In this document: positions 54,010 through 64,000 of the stretch, one piece after another | How positions within the stretch are numbered: the first letter of the stretch is position 1 | How the letters are laid out: every line of letters begins with the position of its first letter | Assembly (NCBI GenBank): GCA_963733195.1 | Contig: CAVTCR010000019.1 | Coordinates: forward strand, 32,001-96,000 | DNA: 64,000 nucleotides | Direction: 5' to 3' | Source of the DNA: an uncultured delta proteobacterium | Lineage (GTDB): Bacteria; Desulfobacterota; Binatia; Bin18 | Program-made: the position numbers and the translations under genes | The notes under the pieces: generated by a model | What the model was told of the DNA's origin: nothing | Database searches by the model: none | Seen by the model: the letters and a program-made list of their open reading frames with translations, nothing else

Positions 54010-54708
54010 TTAATGAATGAGATCGCCCAGACGATCCCAACGTACCCATGACGCCTCACTATTCCATGACCAGTAGATTAGAAAAGCTTTCCCCTTTACA
54101 TCATCCAGGTCAACAAATCCCCAGAAGCGACCATCGTGGCTTTCATCTCGATTATCGCCCATAACAAATAGTTTATGAGGTGGGACGGTCATGGGACCAA
54201 GGTTGTCGCGTGGTCCAGGAATCTCTTGGTCTCTATACTTAAAGGTCGCATGGGGATCGTCTACTTTCGTGTCGTTAATATACACCACCTTATGACGAAT
54301 CTCGACCGTGTCGCCACCTACAGCAACGACACGCTTAATAAAATCCTTACTCCGGTCGCGCGGATAGACAAAGACAATGACATCTCCTCGATCCGGCTGC
54401 CCCCATTCCCACAGGGTCGTTTCCAACGGATAGGGCAACCGTAGACCATAGAGGAATTTGCTCACCAAAATATGGTCACCGATTTGCAGGGTCGGAAGCA
54501 TTGAGCCTGAGGGAATTTTGAATGCTTGCACAATGAAACTACGAATGAAGAACGCCAGCAGAAGAGCGACTATTAACGCTTCAGCGTATTCTCGCGTAAC
54601 CGATTTTTGCTGTCCCACCTGTGCTCGGGGAGACGAGCGTTTCACTTCTTGTGTACGTTGGTCAACCGTTACGGTCGATTCGTCAATACTTGGCAGTTTA
54701 TTTCCCAC
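54010..54708 (-). CDS. lepB: Signal peptidase I
   Basis: IPSGSMLPTL, RGDVIVF, IKRVV, GDNRDESHDGRFWG. Confidence 0.96.
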   Translation of the reverse strand: MGNKLPSIDESTVTVDQRTQEVKRSSPRAQVGQQKSVTREYAEALIVALLLAFFIRSFIVQAFKIPSGSMLPTLQIGDHILVSKFLYGLRLPYPLETTLWEWGQPDRGDVIVFVYPRDRSKDFIKRVVAVGGDTVEIRHKVVYINDTKVDDPHATFKYRDQEIPGPRDNLGPMTVPPHKLFVMGDNRDESHDGRFWGFVDLDDVKGKAFLIYWSWNSEASWVRWDRLGDLIH

Positions 54709-54743
54709 AGCTTCCCCTTACCGGCAAACTCTGGAGGTCAAGA

Positions 54744-56546
54744 CTAAGAATCGCGGACTCGTAACAACGCAAGGAAAGCTTCTTGTGGAACTTCCACCTT
54801 GCCTACTTGTTTCATGCGCCGTTTTCCCTCTTTTTGTTTCTCTAGCAGTTTTCTTTTACGCGTAATATCCCCGCCGTAACATTTTGCCGTCACGTTCTTC
54901 CGCAGTGCTTTGACTGTTTCCCGAGCAATGATGCGACCTCCGATAGACGCCTGCAAGGCCACTTCATACATTTGCCGCGGAATCAATTCGCGCATCTTTT
55001 GCGTTAACTCTCGCCCGCGTATGTAGGACTGGTCTTCGTGCACGATGAGGGAAAGCGCGTCAACGATCTCGCCATTGATCCGCATGTCGAGTTTGACCAG
55101 TTTAGCAGGACGTAAGTCGAGATAGTCGTAATCAAAAGAAGCGTATCCACGACTCACAGACTTCAAGCGGTCGTGAAAATCAATCACGATTTCATTGAGC
55201 GGCAATTCGTACTGCAACATTGCCCGATTCATCCCAGGATACTTCAGGTCTCGTTGAATCCCCCGCCGTTCTTGGCAAAGTTGGAGGACATTCCCCAGAT
55301 ATTCAGTCGGCACGTGAAGCGTGGCAAGGATGAAAGGCTCTTCGAGATGATCAATCTCTTGCTCCGATGGTAAGAGGGCCGGATTGTCGACTAGGATGGT
55401 CTCGCCATCTAACTTCACAACACGATATTCAACCGTCGGTGTGGTTGTTATTAAATCCAAACCAAACTCACGTTCCAAACGTTCCTGAACAATCTCCATG
55501 TGGAGAAGGCCGAGGAATCCGCAACGAAAACCGAAACCAAGGGCTAAGGAACTTTCCTTCTCATAGGTAAAGGCCGCATCATTCAGCCGCAGCTTTTCAA
55601 CAGCATCACGTAAGGACTCGTACTCATTAGGCTCCACTGGGTAGAGACCAGCAAACACCATCGGCTTTGCGGCCTTAAAGCCGGGAAACGGTTCAGCCGT
55701 CGGTTGAGCAGGATCGGTAATAGTATCGCCAACGCGGGCTTCGGTCACTTCCTTAATTCCTGCCATTACAAAGCCAACTTCGCCAGGACCGAGCGCCGTG
55801 ACTATCAACGGCTTTGGGGCAAATACTCCCACGCGCTGCACTTCATACAGCTTCCCGCTCGACATGAGCTGCATCGTCATTCCCTGACGTAATACACCAT
55901 CAAAAACGCGAACAAGAATAACAGCGCCTTGGTAGGTATCAAACCAACTGTCAAAGAGAAGGGCTTTCAGTGGCGCTTGCTCGTCTCCCTGGGGCGGCGG
56001 CACAACACGCACAATCCCTTCGAGTACCTCAGTGATACCACGTCCTTCTTTGGCACTCGCAAGCACAGCCTCACTGCTATCGAGTCCGATGATATCCTCG
56101 ATTTCCTTGCGTACGCGCTCAGGTTCGGCGCTGGGAAGATCGATTTTGTTAATCACCGGCAGTAATTCAAGATGATTGTCAAGGGCCAAGTAGGCATTCG
56201 CTAGGGTCTGCGCTTCAACGCCTTGACTTGCATCGACCACCAGAATCGCACCTTCACACGCAGAGAGGCTGCGCGACACCTCGTAGGAAAAGTCAACGTG
56301 GCCAGGAGTATCGATCAGGTTGAGATAGTATTCTTCACCGTTCTTGGCACGATAGCGCAAACGTACCGTCCGGGCTTTGATGGTAATGCCACGTTCCTGC
56401 TCCAAATCCATGGTATCGAGAAACTGAGCACCACTTTCTCGTTCGCTAATCGAACCAGTAGAGGATAACAATTTATCAGCCAGTGTGGATTTGCCGTGAT
56501 CAATGTGGGCAACGATACTAAAATTGCGAATATGATTAGTGTCCAT
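54744..56546 (-). CDS. lepA: Elongation factor 4
   Basis: [52 protein letters not shown]. Confidence 0.98.
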   Translation of the reverse strand: MDTNHIRNFSIVAHIDHGKSTLADKLLSSTGSISERESGAQFLDTMDLEQERGITIKARTVRLRYRAKNGEEYYLNLIDTPGHVDFSYEVSRSLSACEGAILVVDASQGVEAQTLANAYLALDNHLELLPVINKIDLPSAEPERVRKEIEDIIGLDSSEAVLASAKEGRGITEVLEGIVRVVPPPQGDEQAPLKALLFDSWFDTYQGAVILVRVFDGVLRQGMTMQLMSSGKLYEVQRVGVFAPKPLIVTALGPGEVGFVMAGIKEVTEARVGDTITDPAQPTAEPFPGFKAAKPMVFAGLYPVEPNEYESLRDAVEKLRLNDAAFTYEKESSLALGFGFRCGFLGLLHMEIVQERLEREFGLDLITTTPTVEYRVVKLDGETILVDNPALLPSEQEIDHLEEPFILATLHVPTEYLGNVLQLCQERRGIQRDLKYPGMNRAMLQYELPLNEIVIDFHDRLKSVSRGYASFDYDYLDLRPAKLVKLDMRINGEIVDALSLIVHEDQSYIRGRELTQKMRELIPRQMYEVALQASIGGRIIARETVKALRKNVTAKCYGGDITRKRKLLEKQKEGKRRMKQVGKVEVPQEAFLALLRVRDS

Positions 56547-57465
56547 GTGTCTGTGCACGGAAGAACTCGACCGTCTGTCGCAGCCCGTCCTCGATCTTGA
56601 CCTCGGGCCGCCACCCGAGAAGTTGTGCGGCGCGTCCCGCAGATAACACACTACGCCGCGATTCACCGGGTTTGGCGGGACCATGTTTCTCTGGTGCCTC
56701 TGAACCTGTGAAACGGCGGAGGTGGTTGAACAACACATTTACGTCAGTCTCAACCCCAGTACCAATGTTGATCGGGCCAGTGAAGTCGATCTGTAAGGCT
56801 GCGAGGTTGGCACGTGCAACATCGCCAACAAAGACGTAGTCCCGAGTTTGTTTACCGTCGCCATTGATGACGGGTTGCTCGCCCGACAAGAGTCGAGTGG
56901 CAAAAATCGCGACGACACCAGCTTCCCCGTGTGGGTTCTGGCGCGGGCCGTAGATGTTTGCATAGCGCAGAGCAACATACGGGATATGATGCTCAGTCTG
57001 GTAGTAATGCAAATAGTGCTCTCCGGTTCGTTTGCTCACTCCGTAAGGGCAGATTGGCTGTGTAGAGTGGGTTTCATCAGCAGGAAACTGTTCCTGCTCA
57101 CCGTAGACAGTCCCTCCAGAAGAAGCAAAAAGAATTTTTTTGACACCTGCTTCTCGTGCCCCTTCGAGCAAGTTCAACATCCCCATGATGTTAACTCGTG
57201 CGTCAAAAAGAGGATCTGCCACCGAACGACGCACATCCATCTGCGCAGCATGATGATTCAAAACCTCAATCTTCTCACGTACGATCAGCTGCCGTACAGA
57301 AGGGTCTTGAATATCAGCTTGCACGAAGTGAGCTTTGGGGTTTACATTCTCCTGCGTACCACTCGACAAGTCATCAACAACAAACACCTCGTGGCCAGCG
57401 TTGATATATGTATCAGCAACATGTGAACCAATAAAACCAGCTCCGCCAGTGACCAATATGCGCAT
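56536..57465 (-). CDS. NAD-dependent epimerase (UDP-glucose 4-epimerase-like)
   Basis: [31 protein letters not shown]. Confidence 0.92.
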   Translation of the reverse strand: MRILVTGGAGFIGSHVADTYINAGHEVFVVDDLSSGTQENVNPKAHFVQADIQDPSVRQLIVREKIEVLNHHAAQMDVRRSVADPLFDARVNIMGMLNLLEGAREAGVKKILFASSGGTVYGEQEQFPADETHSTQPICPYGVSKRTGEHYLHYYQTEHHIPYVALRYANIYGPRQNPHGEAGVVAIFATRLLSGEQPVINGDGKQTRDYVFVGDVARANLAALQIDFTGPINIGTGVETDVNVLFNHLRRFTGSEAPEKHGPAKPGESRRSVLSAGRAAQLLGWRPEVKIEDGLRQTVEFFRAQTHGH

Positions 57466-57483
57466 AGCGTCCTCTCTTCTCTC

Positions 57484-58428
57484 CTACCCTTTGTGCACCT
57501 TATCAGCAAAGAACGCGATCGTTTGTCGCAGTCCGTCTTCGAGTGAGACGCGAGGCTCCCAGTTATTCAACATGCGGCGTGCCAGGGTGATGTCAGGTTG
57601 TCTGACTTTTGGATCGTCAACCGGCAACGGCTTAAACACAATCGTGCTCTTGCTGTCGGTCAACTGAATAATCAACTTGGCAAAGTTAAGCACCGACATT
57701 TCTTGTGGATTCCCAATATTCACTGGCCCGTCATAATCCGAACGGAGCAAACGCACGATCCCTTCGACTAAATCGTTGACATAGCAGAAGCTCCGCGTTT
57801 GCCCACCATCTCCGTATACCGTTACGTCTTCTCCACGAAGCGCCTGAGCGATAAAGTTCGGGACTACGCGACCATCGCGGAGTCGCATGCGCGGTCCGAA
57901 TGTATTAAAAATTCGCACGATGCGGGTTTCCACCTTATGCGTCCGGTGGTAGGCCATCGTCATAGCCTCAGCAAAGCGCTTCGCTTCATCGTATACGCCA
58001 CGCGGACCGATCGGATTTACATTCCCCCAATAATCCTCTCTCTGTGGATGAACCAATGGGTCACCATAAACCTCGGAGGTTGACGCGAGGAGAAAGCGCG
58101 CATTCTTCTCTTTGGCAAGGCCAAGGGCTTTGTGGGTCCCGAGCGACCCCACTTTTAGGGTTTGAATTGGCAATTCGAGGTAGTCAACCGGGCTCGCAGG
58201 TGAGGCAAAATGCAATATCGCATCGACTGGTCCCTTGACGTAAATATAGGTCGTCACATCCTGAGGAATGAAGGAGAAGCGTTTATTGGGAAACAAATGC
58301 GCGATGTTATCGGCATTGCCAGTGATCAGGTTATCGACACAAATGACCTCATCCCCTTCATTGAGAAACCGCTCGCATAGATGGGAGCCAATAAATCCAG
58401 CCCCCCCAGTAATCAACACACGCGCCAT
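57484..58428 (-). CDS. UDP-glucuronate decarboxylase (UDP-xylose synthase)-family SDR
   Basis: [41 protein letters not shown]. Confidence 0.92.
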   Translation of the reverse strand: MARVLITGGAGFIGSHLCERFLNEGDEVICVDNLITGNADNIAHLFPNKRFSFIPQDVTTYIYVKGPVDAILHFASPASPVDYLELPIQTLKVGSLGTHKALGLAKEKNARFLLASTSEVYGDPLVHPQREDYWGNVNPIGPRGVYDEAKRFAEAMTMAYHRTHKVETRIVRIFNTFGPRMRLRDGRVVPNFIAQALRGEDVTVYGDGGQTRSFCYVNDLVEGIVRLLRSDYDGPVNIGNPQEMSVLNFAKLIIQLTDSKSTIVFKPLPVDDPKVRQPDITLARRMLNNWEPRVSLEDGLRQTIAFFADKVHKG

Positions 58429-58472
58429 ACAAAATATCCTTCTAATAAAGGAGTCACGAACCGCTGGCTGCT

Positions 58473-59786
58473 TTACTGCGTCACCCCGGCTCGGCCAATA
58501 GGATAATACGTGAATCCTTCTTGTTTCATCACAGAGGGTTCATACAAATTACGACCATCAAAAATAATCGGTGATTTCATAAGCTCACGGACTCGGGTAA
58601 AGTCGGGACGGCGGAATTCATTCCATTCGGTAACGATTAACAAGGCATCAGCCCCAGGAAGCGCATCGTAATTCCCACGATGGTACGAGACACGGTCACC
58701 AAACACCTCCTGTGCACGGGCGAGTGCTTCTGGATCGTGGACTGCAATTTCCGCTCCAGCTTTCAACAGCGCTTCAATAATTACGATCGATGGAGCCTCA
58801 CGCATATCGTCAGTCCGAGGTTTGAAAGCAAGTCCCCAGATCGCAAATTTCCGCCCGCGCAAATCCTTGCCAAAGCGCGCGAAGACCTTGTTTACCAGCA
58901 GTTCTTTTTGCTTTTCGTTGATGATCTCAACTTCCTTCAATAACGAAAAGTCCATGTCATACTCTTCCGCCGTCCGGATCACCGCACGCACGTCCTTAGG
59001 AAAGCACGAGCCACCGTAGCCTACCCCAGGGAACAAGAAATAATGGCCAATACGACGGTCAAATCCGATGCCTCGTCGTACATCGGACACATCAGCACCA
59101 GCTTTCTCGCACAAGTTCGCCACTTGGTTGATAAACGAAATACGCGTCGCCAAAAATGCGTTCGCTGCATACTTCGTCATCTCGGCACTGCGATTGTCCA
59201 TCACCAAGATGGGATTCTCCGTTCGCACAAACGGACCGTAGAGTTCCTTCATCAGTGACAATGCACGCTCGCTATTACTCCCAAGCACGACCCGGTCGGG
59301 CTTCATAAAGTCTTCTACGGCAGCGCCTTCTTTGAGGAATTCTGGATTGGAGACGACATCGAAAGGATGCGTGGTGTGAGCAGACATGGTTTCACGTACC
59401 TTGTCTGCTGTACCTACTGGCACTGTACTCTTGAGCACAACGATGCGGTAGCCAGGCATCGCTTTGGCAATATCCGCCGTTGCCTTGAGCACCATGCCCA
59501 GATCTGCCGAGCCATCGTCATCCTGGGGGGTACCCACCGCGATGAAGCAAACGAGAGCATCTTTTACTGCCGCAGCCAGATCAGTGGTGAAGCGTAAGCG
59601 GCCATCAGTCACATTCCGCCGAATGAGTTCTTCTAATCCTGGCTCATAGATCGGAATCTTCCCATTGCGTAAGTCAGCGATCTTGCCCGCATCGATATCC
59701 ACACACATGACATCATTACCGCCTTCGGCAAAACACGTTCCGGAAACGAGCCCAACGTATCCGGTTCCAACAACACACAGTTTCAT
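58473..59786 (-). CDS. ugd: UDP-glucose 6-dehydrogenase
   Basis: [48 protein letters not shown]. Confidence 0.95.
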   Translation of the reverse strand: MKLCVVGTGYVGLVSGTCFAEGGNDVMCVDIDAGKIADLRNGKIPIYEPGLEELIRRNVTDGRLRFTTDLAAAVKDALVCFIAVGTPQDDDGSADLGMVLKATADIAKAMPGYRIVVLKSTVPVGTADKVRETMSAHTTHPFDVVSNPEFLKEGAAVEDFMKPDRVVLGSNSERALSLMKELYGPFVRTENPILVMDNRSAEMTKYAANAFLATRISFINQVANLCEKAGADVSDVRRGIGFDRRIGHYFLFPGVGYGGSCFPKDVRAVIRTAEEYDMDFSLLKEVEIINEKQKELLVNKVFARFGKDLRGRKFAIWGLAFKPRTDDMREAPSIVIIEALLKAGAEIAVHDPEALARAQEVFGDRVSYHRGNYDALPGADALLIVTEWNEFRRPDFTRVRELMKSPIIFDGRNLYEPSVMKQEGFTYYPIGRAGVTQ

Positions 59787-59905
59787 GCCCTCTCCTATCA
59801 ACTGGAGATAGTTTTACTTACCAACATCTCACGCTTTTGGTTGAGGAAAATTGTCACTATTGTAGCACGTCTCGACGCAGGATGGCGTAGCGACATTCGT
59901 GCCTT

Positions 59906-60844
59906 TTACTCTAGCACTTCTTTAATGAGGTAGACAGGCTTTTGCTGGCTTTCATGATAGGTACGTGCGAGCATCTCGCCTAACAGTCCGGTCGAGACAA
60001 ATTGTACTCCCACAATCACCAATAAAATCCCGAGCCACAATAATGGCCGACCAGCCAGTTCCATTCCAAAGAAAATACGCTCAATGCCTAAGAATGTGGT
60101 AATTCCCCCCCCCAATAATAAGGCCAGAAGGCCGACAAAACCAAATAGATGGCTTGGGCGAGTGGCGTAACTAGAAAGAAACTTCACCGTCAACAAATCG
60201 ACAATTACCCACAGGGTACGAGCTAAGCCGTATTTGGAGATGCCCCGCTGGCGCGCGTGATGCGTCACCGGCAGCTCGGTGATCTTTGCGCCGAGGTCTC
60301 CAACCAGGGCAGGAATAAAGCGATGCATTTCACCATACAACTTTAGCTCCTTAGCTACATCACGGCGGAAGACTTTGAGCGTACATCCATAGTCATGAAT
60401 TTTCACTCGTGTCGTCCACCCAATAATCCGATTGGCAATTTGCGAGGGAAGCCGACGCTGCAGGAAAGGGTCTTGGCGATTGAGCCGCCAACCGTTGACT
60501 AAATCGTAACCTTCATTGAGCTTGGCAATCAAACGAGGGATATCCGCTGGGTCGTTTTGTAAGTCTCCATCAAGCGAGACGATAATCTCGCCATGAGCAT
60601 GATCAAACCCCGCAGCCAAAGCGGCAGTCTGACCAAAGTTCCGGCGAAAGCGGATCACTTTAATCCGTGCATCTTGCGCGTGAAGACTTGTGAGAATCTC
60701 CGCACTGTTATCGATACTCCCATCATCGACCAAGATCAGCTCATAAGTCCACCCTGTTGGATCGAGAACTGTCTGAATCCGCTCACATAGCGGAACAAGG
60801 TTCTCGGCTTCGTTATATACTGGAACGACAAGGGACAAATACAT
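59906..60844 (-). CDS. GT2 glycosyltransferase (ArnC/polyprenol-phosphate type) with two C-terminal TM helices
   Basis: VVPVYNE, DDGS, RNFGQTAA, DGDLQNDP, HDYGC, GEMHRFIP. Confidence 0.92.
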   Translation of the reverse strand: MYLSLVVPVYNEAENLVPLCERIQTVLDPTGWTYELILVDDGSIDNSAEILTSLHAQDARIKVIRFRRNFGQTAALAAGFDHAHGEIIVSLDGDLQNDPADIPRLIAKLNEGYDLVNGWRLNRQDPFLQRRLPSQIANRIIGWTTRVKIHDYGCTLKVFRRDVAKELKLYGEMHRFIPALVGDLGAKITELPVTHHARQRGISKYGLARTLWVIVDLLTVKFLSSYATRPSHLFGFVGLLALLLGGGITTFLGIERIFFGMELAGRPLLWLGILLVIVGVQFVSTGLLGEMLARTYHESQQKPVYLIKEVLE

Positions 60845-60845
60845 A

Positions 60846-60962
60846 GGGATTGGGAATTAGGAATTAGGAGTTGGGGATTCAGGGACCATTTCTCATTTCT
60901 GAATTGTTATCTAAAGGGTTAAAGCTTTTTCTTACCAAATCCTAAATCCCTGTTCCAACCCC
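60846..60962. repeat. Heptamer inverted array (GGAATTA)n/(CCTAAAT)n
   Basis: gggattg ggaatta ggaatta ggagttg gggattc ... ccaaat cctaaat ccc. Confidence 0.75.
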
Positions 60963-61867
60963 TAGAACTCAGTGAGACTCACAAACTGTCTGTATCTGCG
61001 CTCAATATCATCACGGGTGAGGGTGCGGAGGCGATTGAGGCTAAAGTCTTCCACCACGAATGACGCGACAACGCTACCATAAACGATCCCTTTGCGAACA
61101 TTGGTTTCTGAGAGATCACCCGACGCCGCTAGATACCCCATCATTCCACCGGCGAACGAGTCACCCGCTCCAGTGGGATCGAATACTTCTTCGAGTGGAT
61201 ATGCTGGTACGGCGAAGACTGAGTTGGGAGAGAATGAGAGGACACCATACTCTCCGCGCTTTACGAGGAGCGTCTTCGGTCCCATACCCAGGATTTTACG
61301 CGCGGAACGGACGACATTGGCCTCACCACTCAACATGCGTGCTTCCTCATCGTTGATCACCAACATCTCTACACGTTTGAGGAGGGCTTCGAGTTCTTTC
61401 CGTGCGCCTTGAATCCAGTGGGTAATCGTATCGCAGGCAATCAGCCGTGGTGTCGTCGTGAGCTGATCAAGCACACCATCTTGCAGACCAGGATTAATGT
61501 TGGCGAGAAACACAAACGGAGAATTTCGATAGCCTTGGGGCAGCACAGGAGAAAACGTCGAGAAGACATTCAGTTGCAGGTCCAAGGTGTCGCGTATGTT
61601 CATGTCTTCATGGTACCGACCTGTCCAACGGAAGGTTTTCCCTTTACTCACAGAGAGTCCTTCGAGATCAATATTCCGCGAAGCTAAGAAGTCTTTTTCT
61701 TTTGCAGGAAAGTCTTCGCCAATGACAGCTACCAGTTTGACTGGGGCAAAGTAGCTCGCCGCAACCGCGAAGTATGACGCCGATCCTCCCAACACTTCGT
61801 CAGCTCGACCGTGATGCGGAGTCTCGATCGTATCAAAGGCTACCGACCCAACGACCAAAATACTCAT
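60962..61867 (-). CDS. PfkB-family carbohydrate/nucleoside kinase
   Basis: VGSVAFD, LGGSA, INDEE, VKRGEYG, DPTGAGDSFAGG. Confidence 0.93.
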   Translation of the reverse strand: MSILVVGSVAFDTIETPHHGRADEVLGGSASYFAVAASYFAPVKLVAVIGEDFPAKEKDFLASRNIDLEGLSVSKGKTFRWTGRYHEDMNIRDTLDLQLNVFSTFSPVLPQGYRNSPFVFLANINPGLQDGVLDQLTTTPRLIACDTITHWIQGARKELEALLKRVEMLVINDEEARMLSGEANVVRSARKILGMGPKTLLVKRGEYGVLSFSPNSVFAVPAYPLEEVFDPTGAGDSFAGGMMGYLAASGDLSETNVRKGIVYGSVVASFVVEDFSLNRLRTLTRDDIERRYRQFVSLTEF

Positions 61868-61882
61868 GCTATTCTTCCTTTA

Positions 61883-62743
61883 CTACTCGCCAAGATATTT
61901 GCCAACGAAAATCGCCAGCTCCTGCTTCACTGATTGTGGGATCATCGCGCGATCGGTGATGATTGCGTCCTTCAAGGCATGGCCACAAGGACACGCACGT
62001 GCTGCCGGCAATTGCGGGATTACCTGAGCGATGATGTGCTGTGCAGTGGTAACGTTTTGGTTGAGGATTACCAGGATCTCTTCAATCACCACGTCTCCAG
62101 CTTCAGTATTCCAGCAATCGTAGTCAGTCGCCAAAGCTAATGTCGCGAAACAGATTTCTGCCTCTCGTGCCAGTTTAGCTTCTTGGAGGTTCGTCATACC
62201 AATAACATCGGCCCCCCAGCTACGGTACAGAAACGATTCGGCGCGAGTTGAAAACTGCGGCCCTTCCATGCAGACATATGTCCCACCGATATGCACTGTT
62301 GCACTGACACTGCGGGCCACACTGCCAAGGAGTTGGAGCAGATCACTACACACCGGGTCAGCGAAGGCAACATGCGCGACAATACCACGCCCAAAGAACG
62401 TACTGATGCGTCCGCGGGTGCGATCGATAAATTGGTCAGGCAAAACCAGGTGGCCTGGTGCGATCTCTTTCTTCAAGCTGCCGACCGCGCTCACGGCAAT
62501 GAGCCGCTCGACCCCGAGTTGCTTCATGCCATAAATGTTGGCACGAAAGTTTAACTCAGAGGGAAGGAGGCGATGCCCTCGACCATGTCGAGGAAGAAAC
62601 ACGACCTTCACACCACTCATCTCACCAACAAAATAGTCATCCGAGGGATCACCAAAAGGCGTGGTGACTTTCACCCATTCACCACGTTCGATACCGCTCA
62701 TCTGGTAGAGCCCACTGCCACCGATCACACCAAGAGTTATCAT
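61883..62743 (-). CDS. mtnP: S-methyl-5'-thioadenosine phosphorylase
   Basis: GVIGGSG, TPFGDPS, PRHG, SAVGSL, MEGPQFSTRAES, GMT, TDYDCW. Confidence 0.93.
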   Translation of the reverse strand: MITLGVIGGSGLYQMSGIERGEWVKVTTPFGDPSDDYFVGEMSGVKVVFLPRHGRGHRLLPSELNFRANIYGMKQLGVERLIAVSAVGSLKKEIAPGHLVLPDQFIDRTRGRISTFFGRGIVAHVAFADPVCSDLLQLLGSVARSVSATVHIGGTYVCMEGPQFSTRAESFLYRSWGADVIGMTNLQEAKLAREAEICFATLALATDYDCWNTEAGDVVIEEILVILNQNVTTAQHIIAQVIPQLPAARACPCGHALKDAIITDRAMIPQSVKQELAIFVGKYLGE

Positions 62744-62753
62744 CTCTTCTCTC

Positions 62754-63867
62754 TTATCTGGATACAGAGAAAGGAGACAGAGAGCCCGCTCCTTCCCTCT
62801 CTGTCTCTATCTCTAATCTCTGTCTGGTCTGGGGCTGCGGACTCGGAGGGGAGAATTGTGCCGCCAGTTGTCCACACGCCGCCTGCGCGTCTTGTCCACG
62901 GCTTTCGCGGATCGTCGCATGGATACCTTTATCGAGAAGAATCTGGCGAAAATGATCAATCTGTGGTCGCGGCGTGGGCAGAAACTGCGCACCGGGAAAT
63001 GGATTAAACGGAATAAGATTCACTTTCGCACGCATCCCATGCAGCAATCGTGTCAACCGTCGCGCGTCATCACCACTGTCGTTCACGCCTTTGAGCATCG
63101 TATAGGCAAAGGTCACACGCTTGCGGGGAGACATCGGTAAAGTACGGCACGTCGCTAAAAGCTGCTCAAGCGGAAATCGCCGATTCACCGGCATCAACGT
63201 ATTGCGCAGTTCGTTGGTCGTCGCAGTGAGTGACACGGTAAGATTCACATTGGTCTCTGATAACAGACGGTGCATCTGTGGCACTAAGCCAACGGTTGAT
63301 ACCGTCACGCGACGTGGCGAAAAATTGAACCCCCAGTCGGCAGTGATAATCCCCAGTGCCTTCACCACATGATCGTAATTCGCTAACGCCTCCCCCATAC
63401 CCATGAAGACGAGATTCGTCAGCTTTTGTTCAGCGTGCAACGTTTGCTGGACTTCCCATATTTGACTCACAATCTCCGCTTCCGTTAGATCACGCACTGG
63501 TCGTACTTGTGCAGTCGCGCAGAAACGGCAGCCCATCGCGCATCCTACCTGTGAGGAAATACACAAGGTGAGACGATCTTCTGCAGGAATGAGGACAGTT
63601 TCGATCTGGCGATTATCAGCCAGCGCGAAGAGGAACTTTCGTGTGCTATCATTGGCCTGGCGTCATTCGCACGCATGTGAGTCGATCCACAGAGAACGCT
63701 TGCGCTAACAGTGCCCGCAGAGACAGCGACAAATCGCTCATCTCGTCAAACGTAGTAGCACCACGCTGGTACAGCCACTTGAGTATTTGCCCAGCGCGAT
63801 ACGGCTTCTCGCCGTGCTCCACAAGCCAGGTTTCGAGATCGGTCTTAGTGAGGCTTTTGATATCCAT
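62754..63867 (-). CDS. rlmN: 23S rRNA m2A2503 methyltransferase (radical SAM), frameshift near 63650
   Basis: YRAGQI..W, CISSQVGCAMGCRFCAT, VFMGMGE, VSTVG, NLIPFN, AACGQL. Confidence 0.93.
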
Positions 63868-63929
63868 ATGCACGTAAGGCGTAATATGTAAAACGTAACT
63901 GAGAGGCTGGGTGGTTACTCGTTCACGCT

Positions 63930-64000
63930 TTACGATTTTGCGATTTCCATCTCACTAAAGAAATAGCCGATTTCCCACTTTGCAGTGTCTGGACCATCAG
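63930..64000 (-). CDS. ndk: 3' end of nucleoside-diphosphate kinase (partial)
   Basis: DGPDTAKWEIGYFFSEMEI; usual ndk-rlmN gene order. Confidence 0.75.
   Translation of the reverse strand, partial: DGPDTAKWEIGYFFSEMEIAKS

Noticed and set aside
5936-63867. Many split genes as programmed frameshifts or mass pseudogenisation (nrdJ, rlmN, coxL/M-like, P450, dciA and others)
   Set aside because: Single-base indels, often in homopolymers and also in housekeeping genes, are best explained by long-read assembly error; read-level polishing is needed to decide.

Overview
A 64-kb bacterial chromosomal segment of roughly mid-50s %GC (estimated by eye). The gene content suggests Candidatus Binatia or a deltaproteobacteria-like lineage (inference only). 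Many genes are split by single-base indels, often in homopolymers, which most likely reflect long-read assembly errors. The right third is housekeeping (ndk end, rlmN, mtnP, PfkB, GT2, UDP-sugar enzymes, lepA, lepB, GspE, nrdJ with tandem NrdR boxes, dciA). The left and middle carry lipid/aromatic catabolism genes (CoA-transferases, thiolase-like + DUF35, LLM oxidoreductases, a CoxLSM-like Mo-hydroxylase, P450), trmI-dinB, aroG/F, three cyclase/TPR signalling genes, several toxin-antitoxin modules or stubs, an IS701 remnant and a full-length IS1111-type element. Best leads: (1) two paralogous cyclase-AAA-TPR genes carry different REP and 7/8-mer repeat cassettes at the same linker sites, drawn from repeat families that also fill the intergenic DNA. 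(2) The IS1111-type element has readable ends, junction promoter, REP-like target and bridge-RNA guide loops. (3) TA cassettes and toxin stubs cluster at the 3' ends of these paralogs. (4) There is a candidate small selenoprotein. (5) A Tat-signal F420-type LLM enzyme is coupled to DoxX.
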